Source: Octopus sinensis (Eukaryota). From it: a stretch of DNA of 64,000 nucleotides. The notes under the pieces were generated by a model. That model was not told where the DNA came from. It saw only the letters and a list, made by a program, of their open reading frames with translations, and ran no database searches. Location: NCBI RefSeq assembly GCF_006345805.1, contig NC_043015.1:50034001-50098000 (forward strand). The letters are read 5' to 3'. Within the stretch, counting starts at the first letter, position 1. The number at the start of each line of letters is the position of its first letter. The position numbers and the translations under genes were made by a program. Shown piece after piece: positions 1 through 11,849 of this stretch.

Positions 1-1371
1 GATTCCAGTCCGATTTGGCATGGTTTCTACAGCTGGTTGCCCTTCTTAATGCCAACCACCCCGAGTGCTAATGGGTTAGCTGAAAGAAGAACAGTTTATT
101 TCAGTAGAATTACGGTAACAAAACGGTTGAAGTGACCTAAATTAAAAACTTCTGTCAACATTTCATGTTACTTTGTTCCAAACACCAGCTTTAATAATGA
201 AGAATTTATTTTATTAAGTATTTGTGAAGGGAACCTACTTCTCATCGACACCTGTGATTGTCACACGCCAATGACGGGTCAATACTCAGAAACTCGAGTC
301 CGTGAGTATCATAAGTTGAAGATGGGAAGGATGGCTTCCCTTTGCAAATACTGACAGGGCAGAGAAAGTGTGTCTATAGCCAGTTGGAGGAGGTGTCCTC
401 CTGGGGCTACAAACTACAGTAGCATCCACCCTTAGGGGTTAGCCATATTTAAATGGCAAATATACGTCACAATGTGTTGTAGCTACTGTTTATAACTCGC
501 TCTGAGATTTATTATTTATTTTATTAAATTTTTCATTAATTTCAAAATTAAGTGGAACAAAAGTAGGGTATTTCAACAGAAATATGATAACAGAATGGCT
601 AATAATGGATGAATGTAAACAATTAAAACCCTCAAAGACACTTCAAATGTTAGACTTTATAATCACTGATGGCCACTTGTGGCTGTCTTACATTAATATA
701 GAAAATTATGTTCCAAAGACAAGCTTTTCAAAGTCAGAATAACTACAAAGCATAAGTAAGAGCCACTCATAATTAAATATTACTCTTAAATTTTGGCACT
801 AGGCCAGCAATTTTGGGGAAGGGAGAAGCTGATTACATCATCTCCAGTGCTCGTGGAGGTGTGTGGCTTAGTGCTTAGGGATGTTGGCCTCATGTTCATA
901 AGATTGTGGTTTCAATTCCTGGACCAGGTGACTCATTGTGTTCTTGAGCAAAACCCTTCGTTTCACATTGCTCCAGTCCGCTCAGCTAACAAAAATGAGT
1001 AACCTTACGATGAACTAGTGTCCCATCCAGGAGGATAATTTATATGACATGGAAGCCAGGAAACTGGCCCTTATGAGTCGGTATGACTCGGGAAGGTAAC
1101 TTTACCACCAGTGCTCAACTGCAACACTGGATTAACCATTAAGCAAAGTAAACACGTGCTCAGGGCATCAAGGGTCAAGGGCACCACAGAAATGAAAATG
1201 GGTTACAGCACAAAAGAAATCACTCTAGACTTGCTAAAATAAGGCTCGTAATGCCTTATCTCTACTAAGTATAGAAGCAGAAGTTTTATGTAAAATTAAT
1301 TTTAACGATATCATTGAACACTTTGCAATTAAAAGAACAAAACAAAGGAAACACTTTTCAAATATAAACAA

Positions 1372-1640
1372 GAGCACTTAGAGAGCACAAACCTCCACCA
1401 AGGCAACACCAATATCCTCTCAACGATTTACTCTTTTATTTGTTTCAGTCATTTGATTGGCCATGCTGGAGCACGACCTTTAGTCAAATAAATCAACCCC
1501 AGGACTTATTCTTTGTAAGCCTAGTACTTAGTTTATTGGTCTCTTTTGCCGAACTGCTAAGTTACAGGGACGTAAACACACCAGCATCGGTTGTCAAGCA
1601 ATGCTAGGGGACAAACACAGACACACAAACCTATACACAC

Positions 1641-1675
<35 letters not shown>

Positions 1676-2490
1676 ATGGGCTTCTTTCAGATTCCATCAA
1701 CCAAATCCACTCACAAGGCTTTCATCGGCCTGAGGCTATAGTAGAAGACACTTGCCCAAGGTGCCATGCAGTGGGATTGAACCTGGAACCATGTGGTTGG
1801 TAAGCAAGCTACTTACCACGCAGCCACTCATATGCCTATGGATTAGCCAGAGATGATTTTTAAAGTGAGGATATCTGAAATAAGCGACTGCTCTCACAAA
1901 TGAAAATACAAAAAAAATTAACCTGATTGCTCTCAAACGGAATAATAATCCAAATATATATATATTGAGTGAGAGGTGAAGGGAGAGAAGATGAAATACT
2001 AATACAGTGAAGGAGAAGTAGTGAGAGTAATAGCCATGACTGAGAGGGAGTGCAAGAAAGTAATGACAATGAGAAAGATGAAACAAAATGGCAAAGAGAG
2101 CGTCATATGAATGAGAAAGGAAGAGGTGATGGATGAATAATGAAAGGAGTGAAAAAGCTGATAAATAGGATTTGTGTGAAAAATGGGATGGTAATGTTCA
2201 ATGCTGACAATGTGTGAGTATATGTGTGCAATTGTGTACAAGAGAACTGTGAAATTTTACATATTCATGTAAAGTAAAAAAAATTGGGAAAATAATCCAG
2301 AATCCTTGTCCAGTACTGGATCAATCCCAAAATCTAATCAGTTCGTGCCAGTCATGAAGCCAAACATCCCTGAAAGTTTCAGCTGAATTCATCCAGTGGT
2401 TCTTGAGATATCTTGTCCACAGACAAACAAACAAACAAACAAATACAACTGAAAACAATACCTCTGCCTTCGCTAAGGTGGAGGTAATAA
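1372..2490 (-). mobile_element. Helentron-associated (HINE/DINE-1-like) non-autonomous element, interrupted
   Basis: Minus strand starts ttattacctccacc plus hairpin, then (GTTT)n and a core; it ends with sub-terminal repeat ggtggaggt and a short stem-loop. A SINE and a GA-rich block interrupt it. Confidence 0.65.
1429..1838 (-). mobile_element. tRNA-derived SINE, family 1 (CORE-like box, internal microsatellite)
   Basis: Head ggagtggctgtgtggtaag..ggttc; MIR/CORE-like accttgggcaagt box; (AT/GT)n middle; tail gactgaaacaagtaaaagag. About 20 copies in the window. Confidence 0.85.
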
Positions 2491-2527
2491 AATGAACATC
2501 AAAATAAACATTATTTTCCATCTTTAA

Positions 2528-2748
2528 CCCTTTAGTGTTCACATTATTCTGCCAAAATTAATGCTTTTTCATCCTCTTTGTTTTGAACTAATCATGCATT
2601 ATCTTGTAGCTATGAGATTTTGATGAGGTAGCTGTTAATTTTAAAAATGATATTGTAGGGTTGGTGTGAGAGACCAGATCTGGCCAGTTTGAACATAAAA
2701 CAGGCAGAATACTTTTGGCCGGATATGGCTGGTTTAAATGCTAAAGGG
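2528..2748. mobile_element. piggyBac-type MITE
   Basis: TIR ccctttag...ctaaaggg between TTAA (2524-2527) and TTAA (2749-2752). Related decayed copy near 29945-30125. Confidence 0.8.
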
Positions 2749-2778
2749 TTAAGTGCTTAGGGCCACTATGGGCCTTAA

Positions 2779-3628
2779 CCCCTTAATGGATTATCCCGAG
2801 TTTACTCGTGCATCACAAATGTATCTTTTTAGAACCAGACGAGTATATTTGGTCAAAATTAACTTTTAATTTTAGCACTCAAATGAGTTTATTTGTTTTG
2901 TGTCGTTTCATTTTTGAGCAATCACGAATTTACTTGCGTTGTCGTACGCCTGGCAGCACATATTCTGGCACCATTTCAAAGAATTTATGCTTCTGAGTTT
3001 TGAACTTTTACTTCAGTGCATACTAAGATTCAGGAGGAGGTTGATGCCATTTTAGAACCGTCTCGTTTTGATTCTCTATTATTTATACAAATAAGAAATG
3101 GATGAAGGTTTAGATATATTCAGTGATCACGAAAGCGATTTTTTATTTCACGATCTAGAAAGCTCTGGGGATGAATTAGACACGTGTAGCTCAGACTCTG
3201 ACAATTTTTCAGATAACAAAGAAGATAATCAGATAGATGCACGTGCATGGCACGAAATCAATGTTTGTCCGATTCGAAGAGAAAGCAGATACATGTGTGA
3301 TGTCTGCAAGATAACTGTGTGTGTAACACCTTGTTTTAAAAATTATCATTCTAAATAAACTGGCTATCTCATTTAAAAAAAATTTTCCTTTGATTTAAAA
3401 GCAACACATCTTATAAAAAATCGAAGATATGTATTTTTTCAATGTCCGAGTTAACTCGTTTAAATCCAAATGAGTAAAAGTATATTTTAATTTCAATAAT
3501 AAAAAATAAAGGAAACAAGATAATTTTTTTTTTTTTGTAATTAACACAGTGTATATAATTAAAACAGGAAATATAAAAATATGCTCTGAAATGAAACGCC
3601 ATGTCAAAATAATTGATCCATTAAGGGG
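2779..3628 (+). mobile_element. Internally deleted piggyBac transposon
   Basis: 13-bp TIR ccccttaatggat at both ends; TTAA TSD at 2775-2778 and 3629-3632; sub-terminal palindrome cgagtt(t/a)actcg at 2797-2808 and 3447-3458. Confidence 0.9.
3098..3358 (+). CDS. Truncated piggyBac transposase ORF: acidic N-terminus fused in frame to the C-terminal cysteine-rich domain
   Basis: 86 aa with ATG and stop. D/E/S-rich N-terminus followed by VCPIRRESRYMCDVCKITVCVTPCFKNYH, typical of the piggyBac C-terminal zinc-binding domain; DDD core absent. Expression unknown. Confidence 0.7.
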   Translation: MDEGLDIFSDHESDFLFHDLESSGDELDTCSSDSDNFSDNKEDNQIDARAWHEINVCPIRRESRYMCDVCKITVCVTPCFKNYHSK

Positions 3629-4059
3629 TTAATCTGGCCCTGCTCAGCTGGAGTTATTTTACCAACCCTGAAAGTATGAAAGACAAAGTTGACCTCAGCA
3701 GACTAATTAAATATTAGTGTCACATCTAGGATGGTGCTGTACTTACTCAATGGAATACAACTGACTCATAAAGGATAGTGCTGCCATTATGCACCCAAAT
3801 ATGCAAGACCAGTGAGAGCTTTTAGTTTGTTTCAGTTATGCATGGCCGACTGCTGGTCTTCCATAAACAACCTTGCCCAGACTTGTGCCTTGGAGGGTAA
3901 CGTTCTAGATGCAATCCCATGGTCATTCATGACTGAAGGAGTTCTTTTATATATATATATGCTTAAGTGTAACCAGCACAAAATGACTCTGAGAAGAGTA
4001 GCGTTAATTCTCTTGGTTGGTCAATTTTTCTCAATCCATAAGTGGGCTGAGTAAACCAT

Positions 4060-4435
4060 CATCATTGTCATTTAACGTCTGCTTTCCATGCTGGCATGGG
4101 TTGGAGAGTTTGACTGAGAGCTAGTGAGCCAGAAGGCTGCCCCTGGCTCCAATCTGATCTGGCAAAGTTTTTACAGCTGGATGTCCTCTCTAGTGCCAAC
4201 CACTTCAAGAGTGTAGTGGGTGCTTTTTACATGCCACCAGCATGAGGACCAGTCAGGCGGTACTGACATCGACCACACTTGCATAGTCTGATCTGGCAAA
4301 AGTTTCTACAGCTGGATGCCCTTCCTAATGCCAACCGCTCCGAGAGTGTAGTGGATGCTTTAACATGCTGCCAGCACAAGGGCCAATCAGGTGGTACTGG
4401 CATCACCCACGCTCAAATGGTGCTTTTTACGTGCC
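4060..4435 (-). mobile_element. RTE LINE 3' end ((TGA)n tail)
   Basis: Same 3' UTR and tail as the ORF-linked copy at 58070-58815. Confidence 0.8.
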
Positions 4436-4532
4436 AATGAATAACAAACCTATAATGACTACTGGAAATGAGCTGTGAGTCAAATTTACTACAATAAAGA
4501 AATATATAAGGACCGATATTTATGCCTTGTCT

Positions 4533-4654
4533 TATATGAAGGGGCGCTACAATAAGTGCGAGTCTGAGGGGAATTTATTGAACAAAATCATAATTGACTG
4601 ATCCTCCTGTATTTTCTTTTACCCAAAGCCAGGAACTTTTCAGCACACCCTCGT
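4533..4654. mobile_element. Short Tc1/mariner-type MITE
   Basis: Ends aagccaggaacttttcagcacaccctcgta; same family at ~32263-32480. Confidence 0.55.
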
Positions 4655-4661
4655 ATATATA

Positions 4662-4853
4662 TCTTTTACTTGTTTCAGTCATTTGTTGCGGCCATGCTGG
4701 AGCACCGCCTTTAATCGAGCAACTCGACCCCGGGACTTATTCTTTTGTAAGCCCATTACTTACTCTATCGGTCTCTTTTGCCAAACCGCTAAGTAACGGG
4801 GACATAAACACACCAGCATCGGTTGTCAAGCAATACTAGGGGGACAAACACGC

Positions 4854-4897
<44 letters not shown>

Positions 4898-5060
4898 GAC
4901 GGGCTTCTTTCAGTTTCCGTCTACCAAATCCACTCACAAGGCTTTGGTCGGCCCAAGGCTATAGTAGAAGACACTTGCCCAAGGTGCCACACAATGGGAC
5001 TGAACCCGGAACCATGTGGTTGGTAAACAAGCTACTTACCACACAGCCACTCCTGCACCT
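4662..5060 (-). mobile_element. SINE family 1, full length
   Basis: Head, CORE-like box, (AT)n and tail all present. Confidence 0.85.
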
Positions 5061-5447
5061 ATATATATATATATATTTAGATAGATCCCATTAAAGATCT
5101 AGGCATCTCAAAGTGAAGCATGCTACAAGTGATGGCTAGAAAGAACAGCGCAAGTTACACAGTTAAGTAATCCATTACCAAAGTACAGAATGCATCGTTG
5201 AAGGGAAGTTCTTGGTTGTTTGGTAATCCACAACTCCAACAGATTAATTGCTACGGTGCTTGCTCTCTCCGTGTCTCTATTTCTAAGAAACGCTGACAGG
5301 TTGTTTATTTAGCTGAGTCATTATTGTAACCATTATCATATTGTATCTTTATTTTTTGGAGACACTTTCGGGTCAGCTCATTTGCTGAATACCGAGTAGA
5401 AATATGGATAAGTTTAACACACCTCATGTGTGTGTGTGTACATAAAT

Positions 5448-5828
5448 ATGTGGCATTCTGTCAGTTACAGTGACGAGAGTTTCAGCTGATCCAATCAATG
5501 GAACGGCCTGCTCATGAAATTAACGTGCAAGTGGCTGAGCACTCCACAGACACGTGTACCCTTAACGTAGTTCTCAGGATGATCCAGCATGGCACAATGT
5601 GACAAGGCAGGCCCTTTGAAATACAGGTACAACAGAATCAGGAAGAAAGAGTGAGAGAAAGTTGTAGTGAAAGAGTACAGCAGGGTTTACCGTCACCCCC
5701 TGCTGGAGCCTCGTAGAGCTTTAGGTGATTTTGCTCAATAAACACTCAAAACACCTTGTCTGGGAATTGAAAAGGTGATCCCCTGACCGCGAGTCCACTG
5801 CCCTAACCACTGAGCCATTGTGCCTCCA
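5448..5828 (-). mobile_element. tRNA-derived SINE, family 2
   Basis: Reverse complement of head tggaggcgcaatggcccagtggttagggcagcggactc..gttcgattccc (A/B-box-like). Plus-strand copies at 18037-18325 and 50895-51080; 3' half at ~15812-15945. Confidence 0.8.
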
Positions 5829-5953
5829 CATACATAAATACATCATAGGTATTTAGAAACTTGGAGAAATATGAAGTAAATTATAAACAGCCTTTACCTT
5901 TCTTTTTCCCACTCAAAGGGTTCTTTAACTCAATATTCTTCTTGGTACTACTA

Positions 5954-5992
<39 letters not shown>

Positions 5993-6208
5993 ACACATGT
6001 ATATGTGTGTGTGTATATATGCAATATATATGTGTGTGTGTATGTGTGTATATATATATATATTTACGATGGGCTTCTTTCAGTTTCCATCTACCAAACC
6101 TACTCACAAGGCTTTGGTCGACCCAAGGCTATAGTAGAGGACACTTGCCCAAGGTTCCACTCAGTGGAACTGGACCCAAAACCATGTGGTTGGTAAGCAA
6201 GCTTCTTA

Positions 6209-6622
6209 TTTCCTTATTGCCCACAAGGGGCTAAACATAGAGGGGACAAACAAGGACAGACAAACAGATTAAGTCGATTACATCAACCCCAGTGTGTAAC
6301 TGGTACTTAATTTATTGACCCCGAAAGGATGAAAGGCAAAGTCGACCTCGGCGGAATTTGAACTAAGAACGTAACGGCAGACGAAATACCTATTTCTTTA
6401 CTACCCACAAGGGGCTAAACACAGAAGGGACAAACAAGGACAGACAAATGGATTAAGTCGATTATATCAACCCCAGTGTGTAACTGGTACTTAATTTATT
6501 GACCCCAAAAGGATGAAAGGCAAAGTCGACCTCGGCGGAATTTGAACTAAGAACGTAAAGGCAGACGAAATACCGCTAAGCATTTCGCCCAGCGTGCTAA
6601 CATTTCAGCCAGCTCGCCGCCT
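6209..6622 (-). mobile_element. Meta-domain-like SINE (family 3), tandem dimer with 15-bp TSD
   Basis: Core gactttgcctttcatcctttcggggtcgataaattaagtaccag; flanked by taagcaagcttctta at 6194-6208 and 6623-6637, inside a family-1 SINE head. Other copies near 6745-7160, 8045-8190, 33095-33300, 34150-34560, 46125-46335, 59160-59525, 60070-60220, 62520-62730. Confidence 0.8.
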
Positions 6623-7164
6623 TAAGCAAGCTTCTTACCACACAGCCACACCTATATACACATATATATGTATGTATGAATGTACATATGTATGTATGTA
6701 TCTGTCTATCTATATATATATATATATATATAAACGTATATATTCTTCTCTACTCTTGGCACAAGGCCCGAAATTTGTGGGGAGGGAGCCAGCTGGTACT
6801 TAATTTATTGACCCTGAAAGGATGAAAGGCAAAGTGGACCTTGGTGGAATTTGAACTCAGAACATAGCGATGGGTAAAATGCTGCTTAGCATTTCACTCA
6901 ACATGCTAACGATTCTGCCAGCTTGCCACCTTAATAATAATAATAATAATCCCTTCTGTTATAGGCACAAGAGCTGAAATTTGGTGGGAGGGGACTAGCT
7001 GGTTACATCAACCCCAGTGTCTCACTGGTACATAATTTATTGATCCTGAAAGGATCCAAAGCAAAGTTGACCTCAGTAGAATTTGAACACAGAACGTAGC
7101 AACAGGCAAAATGCCACTAAGCATTTTTCCCAGTGTGCTAATGATTCTGCCAGCTTGCTGCCAT

Positions 7165-7335
7165 AATAATAATAATAATAATGATGATGATGATGATGAT
7201 GATGTGATGATGATGATGATGATGGTGTGGTGGTGGTGGTGGTGGTGGTGGTGGTGGTGGTGGTGGTGGTGGTGTGGTGGTGGTGGTGGTGGTGGTGGTG
7301 AAGAAGAAGAAGAGAAGAAGAAGAAGAAGAAGAAG
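7165..7335. repeat. Compound triplet microsatellite (AAT)n-(GAT)n-(GGT)n-(GAA)n
   Basis: Read directly; explains the poly-N/D/M/W/G/E/K ORFs. Confidence 0.95.
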
Positions 7336-7900
7336 AATGCCCTGATGCAGTACCAAGCAGTGGCTCTCATGGCTTCTGATCTTAACTGATTGGAAGTGTT
7401 ATCATGTACATTGTTTTGTCTTGGTATAAAAGATGGGCCACAGCAAATATTCTGCTCAATACCACAGGCTTGCTTGTCAGTTGTTTGACCTTAACCAGTT
7501 GAGCATGTCCCTTAGTGGCTGACGATATGCGCATCTCTGACCAGAAGCTGAAGTAGTGGGGGAGCATCATGGCCATGTGTTGAGAGGGATTCTTTGGGGT
7601 TTGATTAATTCACCTCTGGAAATATGGGTGTTTCGTTCAACATCCTTAAACAAGCCTTATTCAGAGACCTTTTGGGCGGGACGGGTTACTGGACCAGAAG
7701 AAAATTCTAACTGGGCCCCACCTGCAAGGTCATGCTCTGTTTATCTTGATATGAGATCAACATGTCACGCACACATGGTTGTGATGTGTGCCTAGTGTAC
7801 CCTTATCAGACGGGTAGTCATGATGGGTATATTGGGCTTCGTATATTTTACCCCAGTGTCACTTTGATGGTATGCACTGCTCTCTCACTCAATAATAATG
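7336..7900 (+). mobile_element. Interspersed repeat family 4 ((ATA)n-tailed, SINE-like, unclassified)
   Basis: Near-identical ~550-bp body also at ~14995-15480 and 63576-64000 (runs off the window). Confidence 0.8.
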
Positions 7901-8795
7901 ATAATTACTAGGCTAATGACTCAGTTGAGTTAGAGCACAACTGAAAAATATAAGGAAAGAAAAAGCAATCAATCAATGTGTGCACATATTAGTGTGCATA
8001 ATGTATGCATAACTCTGCATACATTTAACTTATCTTATTGATAATCCTTTCTTCTAAAGGTACAAAGTCTGAAATTTGGGTGATGGTTGTTGACCTCAGT
8101 GAAATTTGAACTCAGAGCGTCAAGGTTGATGAAATGCCTCAAAGCATTTTGCCCAGTATGCTAACGATTCGGCCAGCTCACCACCTTAGGCTTATCTCAT
8201 AGATACTGATAATAATAATCGTTCGCAAAAATAACAAGCAGAGATTGTGAATAATGCAGAGTTTAACATCTGTTTATCAAGTTCAGCAACATGTCAACCA
8301 AACATCAAAGGCATGCATCTTTGATGATAGCCTTGGATCAACCAAAGCCGTGAGTAAAATTTGGTAGGCAGCCTGATTCAACACCATCACCTGGGTCTCT
8401 GGTGCCTTTTGCAGAGTCCATTCCATTACAAGTATTTAGACAAGGTCTCCAGTGTGAGGATAACTTCCTCCCATCATTCCACTTCTTTCATAGTCCCTGA
8501 AGAGGGTCCTGGCCCTACCTCCTCTCATAAACCTAAGGGCCCAGGAACAGGGGGTGCATTTGCACCCCCTAAAATTTTGTCAGGGTGCAAGATTCAATAT
8601 TGCACCTCCTACTTACTTTTCCCACACTTAGAAATTTGGGCTTAAAAATTAATCAGTAAAAAGTTGCTTCAAGTTATGCTTCTTCACAAAATAAAAAGAA
8701 AGAATTAAAGTAAATAATTAAAAAAAAACACACCTCAAATCCCTAGAAAGATATATTACTGGACTAAAGCATCCTCAACATTAACATTAAAATTT

Positions 8796-8836
<41 letters not shown>

Positions 8837-8841
8837 TATAT

Positions 8842-9470
8842 ATAATATATCATCATGCATGGGTTGGACGGTTTGACTGGAGACTGGCAAGCCAGGAGGC
8901 CACACCAGGCTCCAATCTGATCTGGCAAAGTTTCTACAGCTGGATGCCCTTCCTAACGCCAACCACACCAGGAGTGTTGTGGGTGCTTTTTACGTTCCAC
9001 CGGCACAGGAGCTAGTCAAGTGGCACTGGCATTGGCCACATTTGGATGGTACTTTTTACATGCCACTTGCTCAGGAGCCAGTCTGAGTAGGGGGAGGGGA
9101 CTGGCATGAACCACGTTTGGATGGTCCTTTTTATATACCACCAGCACGGGGAGCCAGTCAGGTGACTTATTGCGTGCCATCAGCACTGGTAATGGCCACA
9201 ACTACAATTTCCATTTGATTTTGATTTTGATTTACTTGTTTCAGTAGGCCTCCTCAAGCATGGAATGTTGCCCGACGATTCCAAGGGCTGGTTATGTGAC
9301 ACTGGTGTAAACTACGGCTGTGATCTCACTTTCCTTGTTGGTCTTCTCAATCACAGCATATCTCCAGAGGTCTCGGTCTTTGGTTATTGCTTCTGTGAGG
9401 CCCAACATTTGAAGGTCATGCTTCCTGAGTCTCCCTCTTTCATGGCTTCTTTCCACTGTTAGAGAGTGAC
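8842..9470 (-). mobile_element. RTE LINE 3' end including ORF C-terminus
   Basis: Translates ERGRLRKHDLQMLGLTEAITKDRDLWRYAVIEKT, followed by the family 3' UTR. Confidence 0.8.
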
Positions 9471-9518
9471 ACTTCTTCACACATACATATATATATATGT
9501 ATGTATATATGTGTGTGT

Positions 9519-9950
9519 GGAGCACCATTCAAGCGTGATCGTTGCCAGTGCTGCCTGACTGGCTCCTGTGCTTGTGACACATAAGACGCACCATTCAAAC
9601 ATGGTCGATCACAGTGCTGGCTGACCAGTCCTGTGCTCATGGCATGTTAAAAGCACCATTTGAGCATGGTCATTGCCAGTGCCACCTGGCTGGCTCCTGC
9701 GCAGTGGCACATAAAAAGCACCATTCAAGTGTGGTCGATGCCAGTACCGCCTGACTGGTCCTCATGCCAGTGGCATGTAAAAGGCACCGACTACACTCTT
9801 GGAGTGGTTGGCGTTAGGAAGAGCATCCAGCTGTAGAAACTTTGCCAGATCAGATTGGAGCCTGGGGCAGCCTTCTGGCTTGCCAGCTTTCAGTCAAACT
9901 GTCCAACCCATGCCAGCATGGAAAGCAGCGGTTAAATGACAATGGTGATG
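9519..9950 (+). mobile_element. RTE LINE 3' UTR with ~45-50-bp internal tandem units
   Basis: Repeated actggctcctgtgc..gcaccatt units, then ccaacccatgccagcatggaaagc tail. Confidence 0.8.
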
Positions 9951-10016
9951 TTAATGGTGTGGTCGTGCACTGGGGTAATAGGAATGGTTGGTGATGATAT
10001 GCTCGTAAATATTTTT

Positions 10017-10380
10017 AGGTGCAGGAGTGGCTGTGTGGTAAGTAGCTTGCTTACCAACCACATGGTTCCGGGTTCAGTGCCACTGAGTGGCACCTTGGGC
10101 AAGTATCTCCTACTATAGCCTTGGGCCGACCAAAGCCTTGTGAGTGGATTTGGTAGAAGGAAACTGAAAGAAGCCCATCGTATGTGTGTGTGTGTGTGTG
10201 TTTGCATGTTGGTGTTTGTCCCCCACCACCACCACTTGACAACCGATGTTGGTGTGTTTACATCCCCGTAAATTAGCGGTTCAGCAAAAGAGACCGATAG
10301 AATAAGTACTAGGCTTACAAAGAATAAGTCCTGGGGTCAATTTGTTCAACTAAAGGCGATTGAAACAAATAAAAGAATAA
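10017..10380 (+). mobile_element. SINE family 1
   Basis: Head-to-tail match, partly deleted tail. Confidence 0.8.
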
Positions 10381-10382
10381 AC

Positions 10383-10421
<39 letters not shown>

Positions 10422-10440
10422 CACACATATAGATACATAT

Positions 10441-10515
<75 letters not shown>

Positions 10516-10982
10516 CAACAACAACAACCACAGATACTAGCACAATTGATGACCTATTAAACTCTACGATCAAGAGCCCTTCACAGTTTTGCTATCCACT
10601 TCCTCATTTTCTCTGAATACCATAATTGGCCCATCATCATCACTGCTAGAAACTTTACCACAAGTAAACAATAGTAACAACATCACGATCAGCATCAGAG
10701 TCACTCTTCAATACTAAAACAATTGATGACCTGTTAGAGAGCACAGTCTCAAGTTCTTCTCCACTGTCAGTCAGACCACTCAAATTCTTCACAGAATAAC
10801 ACAGGAGATCCATCATCACCATTCTCATCCGATTCTGCTGTGACTATCATTACCACTACTACTTCTCCAATTAGTGAAGAATCACTCCTTTCTTTCTTGA
10901 CTGTCCACCTCAAGCTGAATGTATACCTGACAACTCCATGATAAATCTTCCAACTGTAAATAAAATTAAATTATGAACATAT

Positions 10983-11145
10983 AGGCGCAGGAGTGGCTCT
11001 GTGGTATGTAGCTTGCTAACCAACCACATTGTTCTAGGTTCAGTCCCACTGTGTGACACCTTGGGCAAGTGTCTTCTACTATAGCGTCAGGCCAACCAAA
11101 GCCTTGTGGGTGGATTTGGTAGACGGAAACTGAAAGAAGCCTGTC

Positions 11146-11219
<74 letters not shown>

Positions 11220-11318
11220 ATATATATATATATATAATATATATTTATATATATTTATATATATATATATATATTTATATATATTTATATATATATATAT
11301 ATATTTATTATATATATA

Positions 11319-11372
<54 letters not shown>

Positions 11373-11385
11373 ATATGTATATATG

Positions 11386-11418
<33 letters not shown>

Positions 11419-11843
11419 TTATATATATGTATGTATAAATAAGGATAATATCGATATTATCAAGTGGCCAGCATGGAATAAATACCATACAATGGTAATA
11501 ATTTTTTACAACTATAAGTAAGGGTATCTGAGAGACATCACCATGCCGAAATAGCAGTCATGCTATTTCAGCATGGTAGTGTCTCTCAGATACCCTTATT
11601 TATAGTTGTAAAAAAATTATATATATATGCATGTATGTATGTGTGTGTATATGTTTGTCTCCCCAACATCGCTTGACATCAATGCTGATGTGTTTACATC
11701 CCCGTCACTTAGCAGTTTGGCATAAGAGACCGATAGAATAAGTACTAGGCTTACAAAGAATAAGTCCTGGGATCGATTTGCTTGACTAAAGGCGCTGCTC
11801 CAGCATGGCCGCAGTCAAAATGACTGAAACGAATAAAAGAATA
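10983..11843 (+). mobile_element. SINE family 1 with expanded AT block and an inserted palindrome
   Basis: Head 10983-11145, ~290 bp almost pure AT, foreign hairpin 11498-11620, tail 11640-11843. Confidence 0.8.
11498..11620. repeat. Fold-back palindrome (arms ~59 bp, 4-nt loop)
   Basis: ataattttttacaactataag..gaaatagca / gtca / tgctatttc..ttgtaaaaaaattat. Confidence 0.95.
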
Positions 11844-11849
11844 CAAAAT

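Larger units (their letters stand above)
1127..3642. mobile_element. Non-autonomous DNA-transposon-like element (MITE) split by nested insertions
   Basis: Pieces 1127-1371, ~2491-2523, 2753-2774 and 3633-3642 are collinear with an uninterrupted copy at 44360-44781 (ctggattaaccattaagc...tctggccctg). Confidence 0.7.

Noticed and set aside
7336-7400. Family-4 head resembles 5S rRNA (ctgatcttaactgattggaag)
   Set aside because: Similarity is short, needs gaps and no C-box follows; not enough to call a 5S-derived SINE or a 5S gene.
8497-8520. CTGAAGA followed by a ggg/ccc stem
   Set aside because: No GAAA or stem III follows.
9519-9800. Regularly spaced repeats resembling a CRISPR array (also 58380-58640, 59630-59830)
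   Set aside because: Units are contiguous degenerate tandem repeats in the RTE 3' UTR, with no unique spacers and no cas genes.
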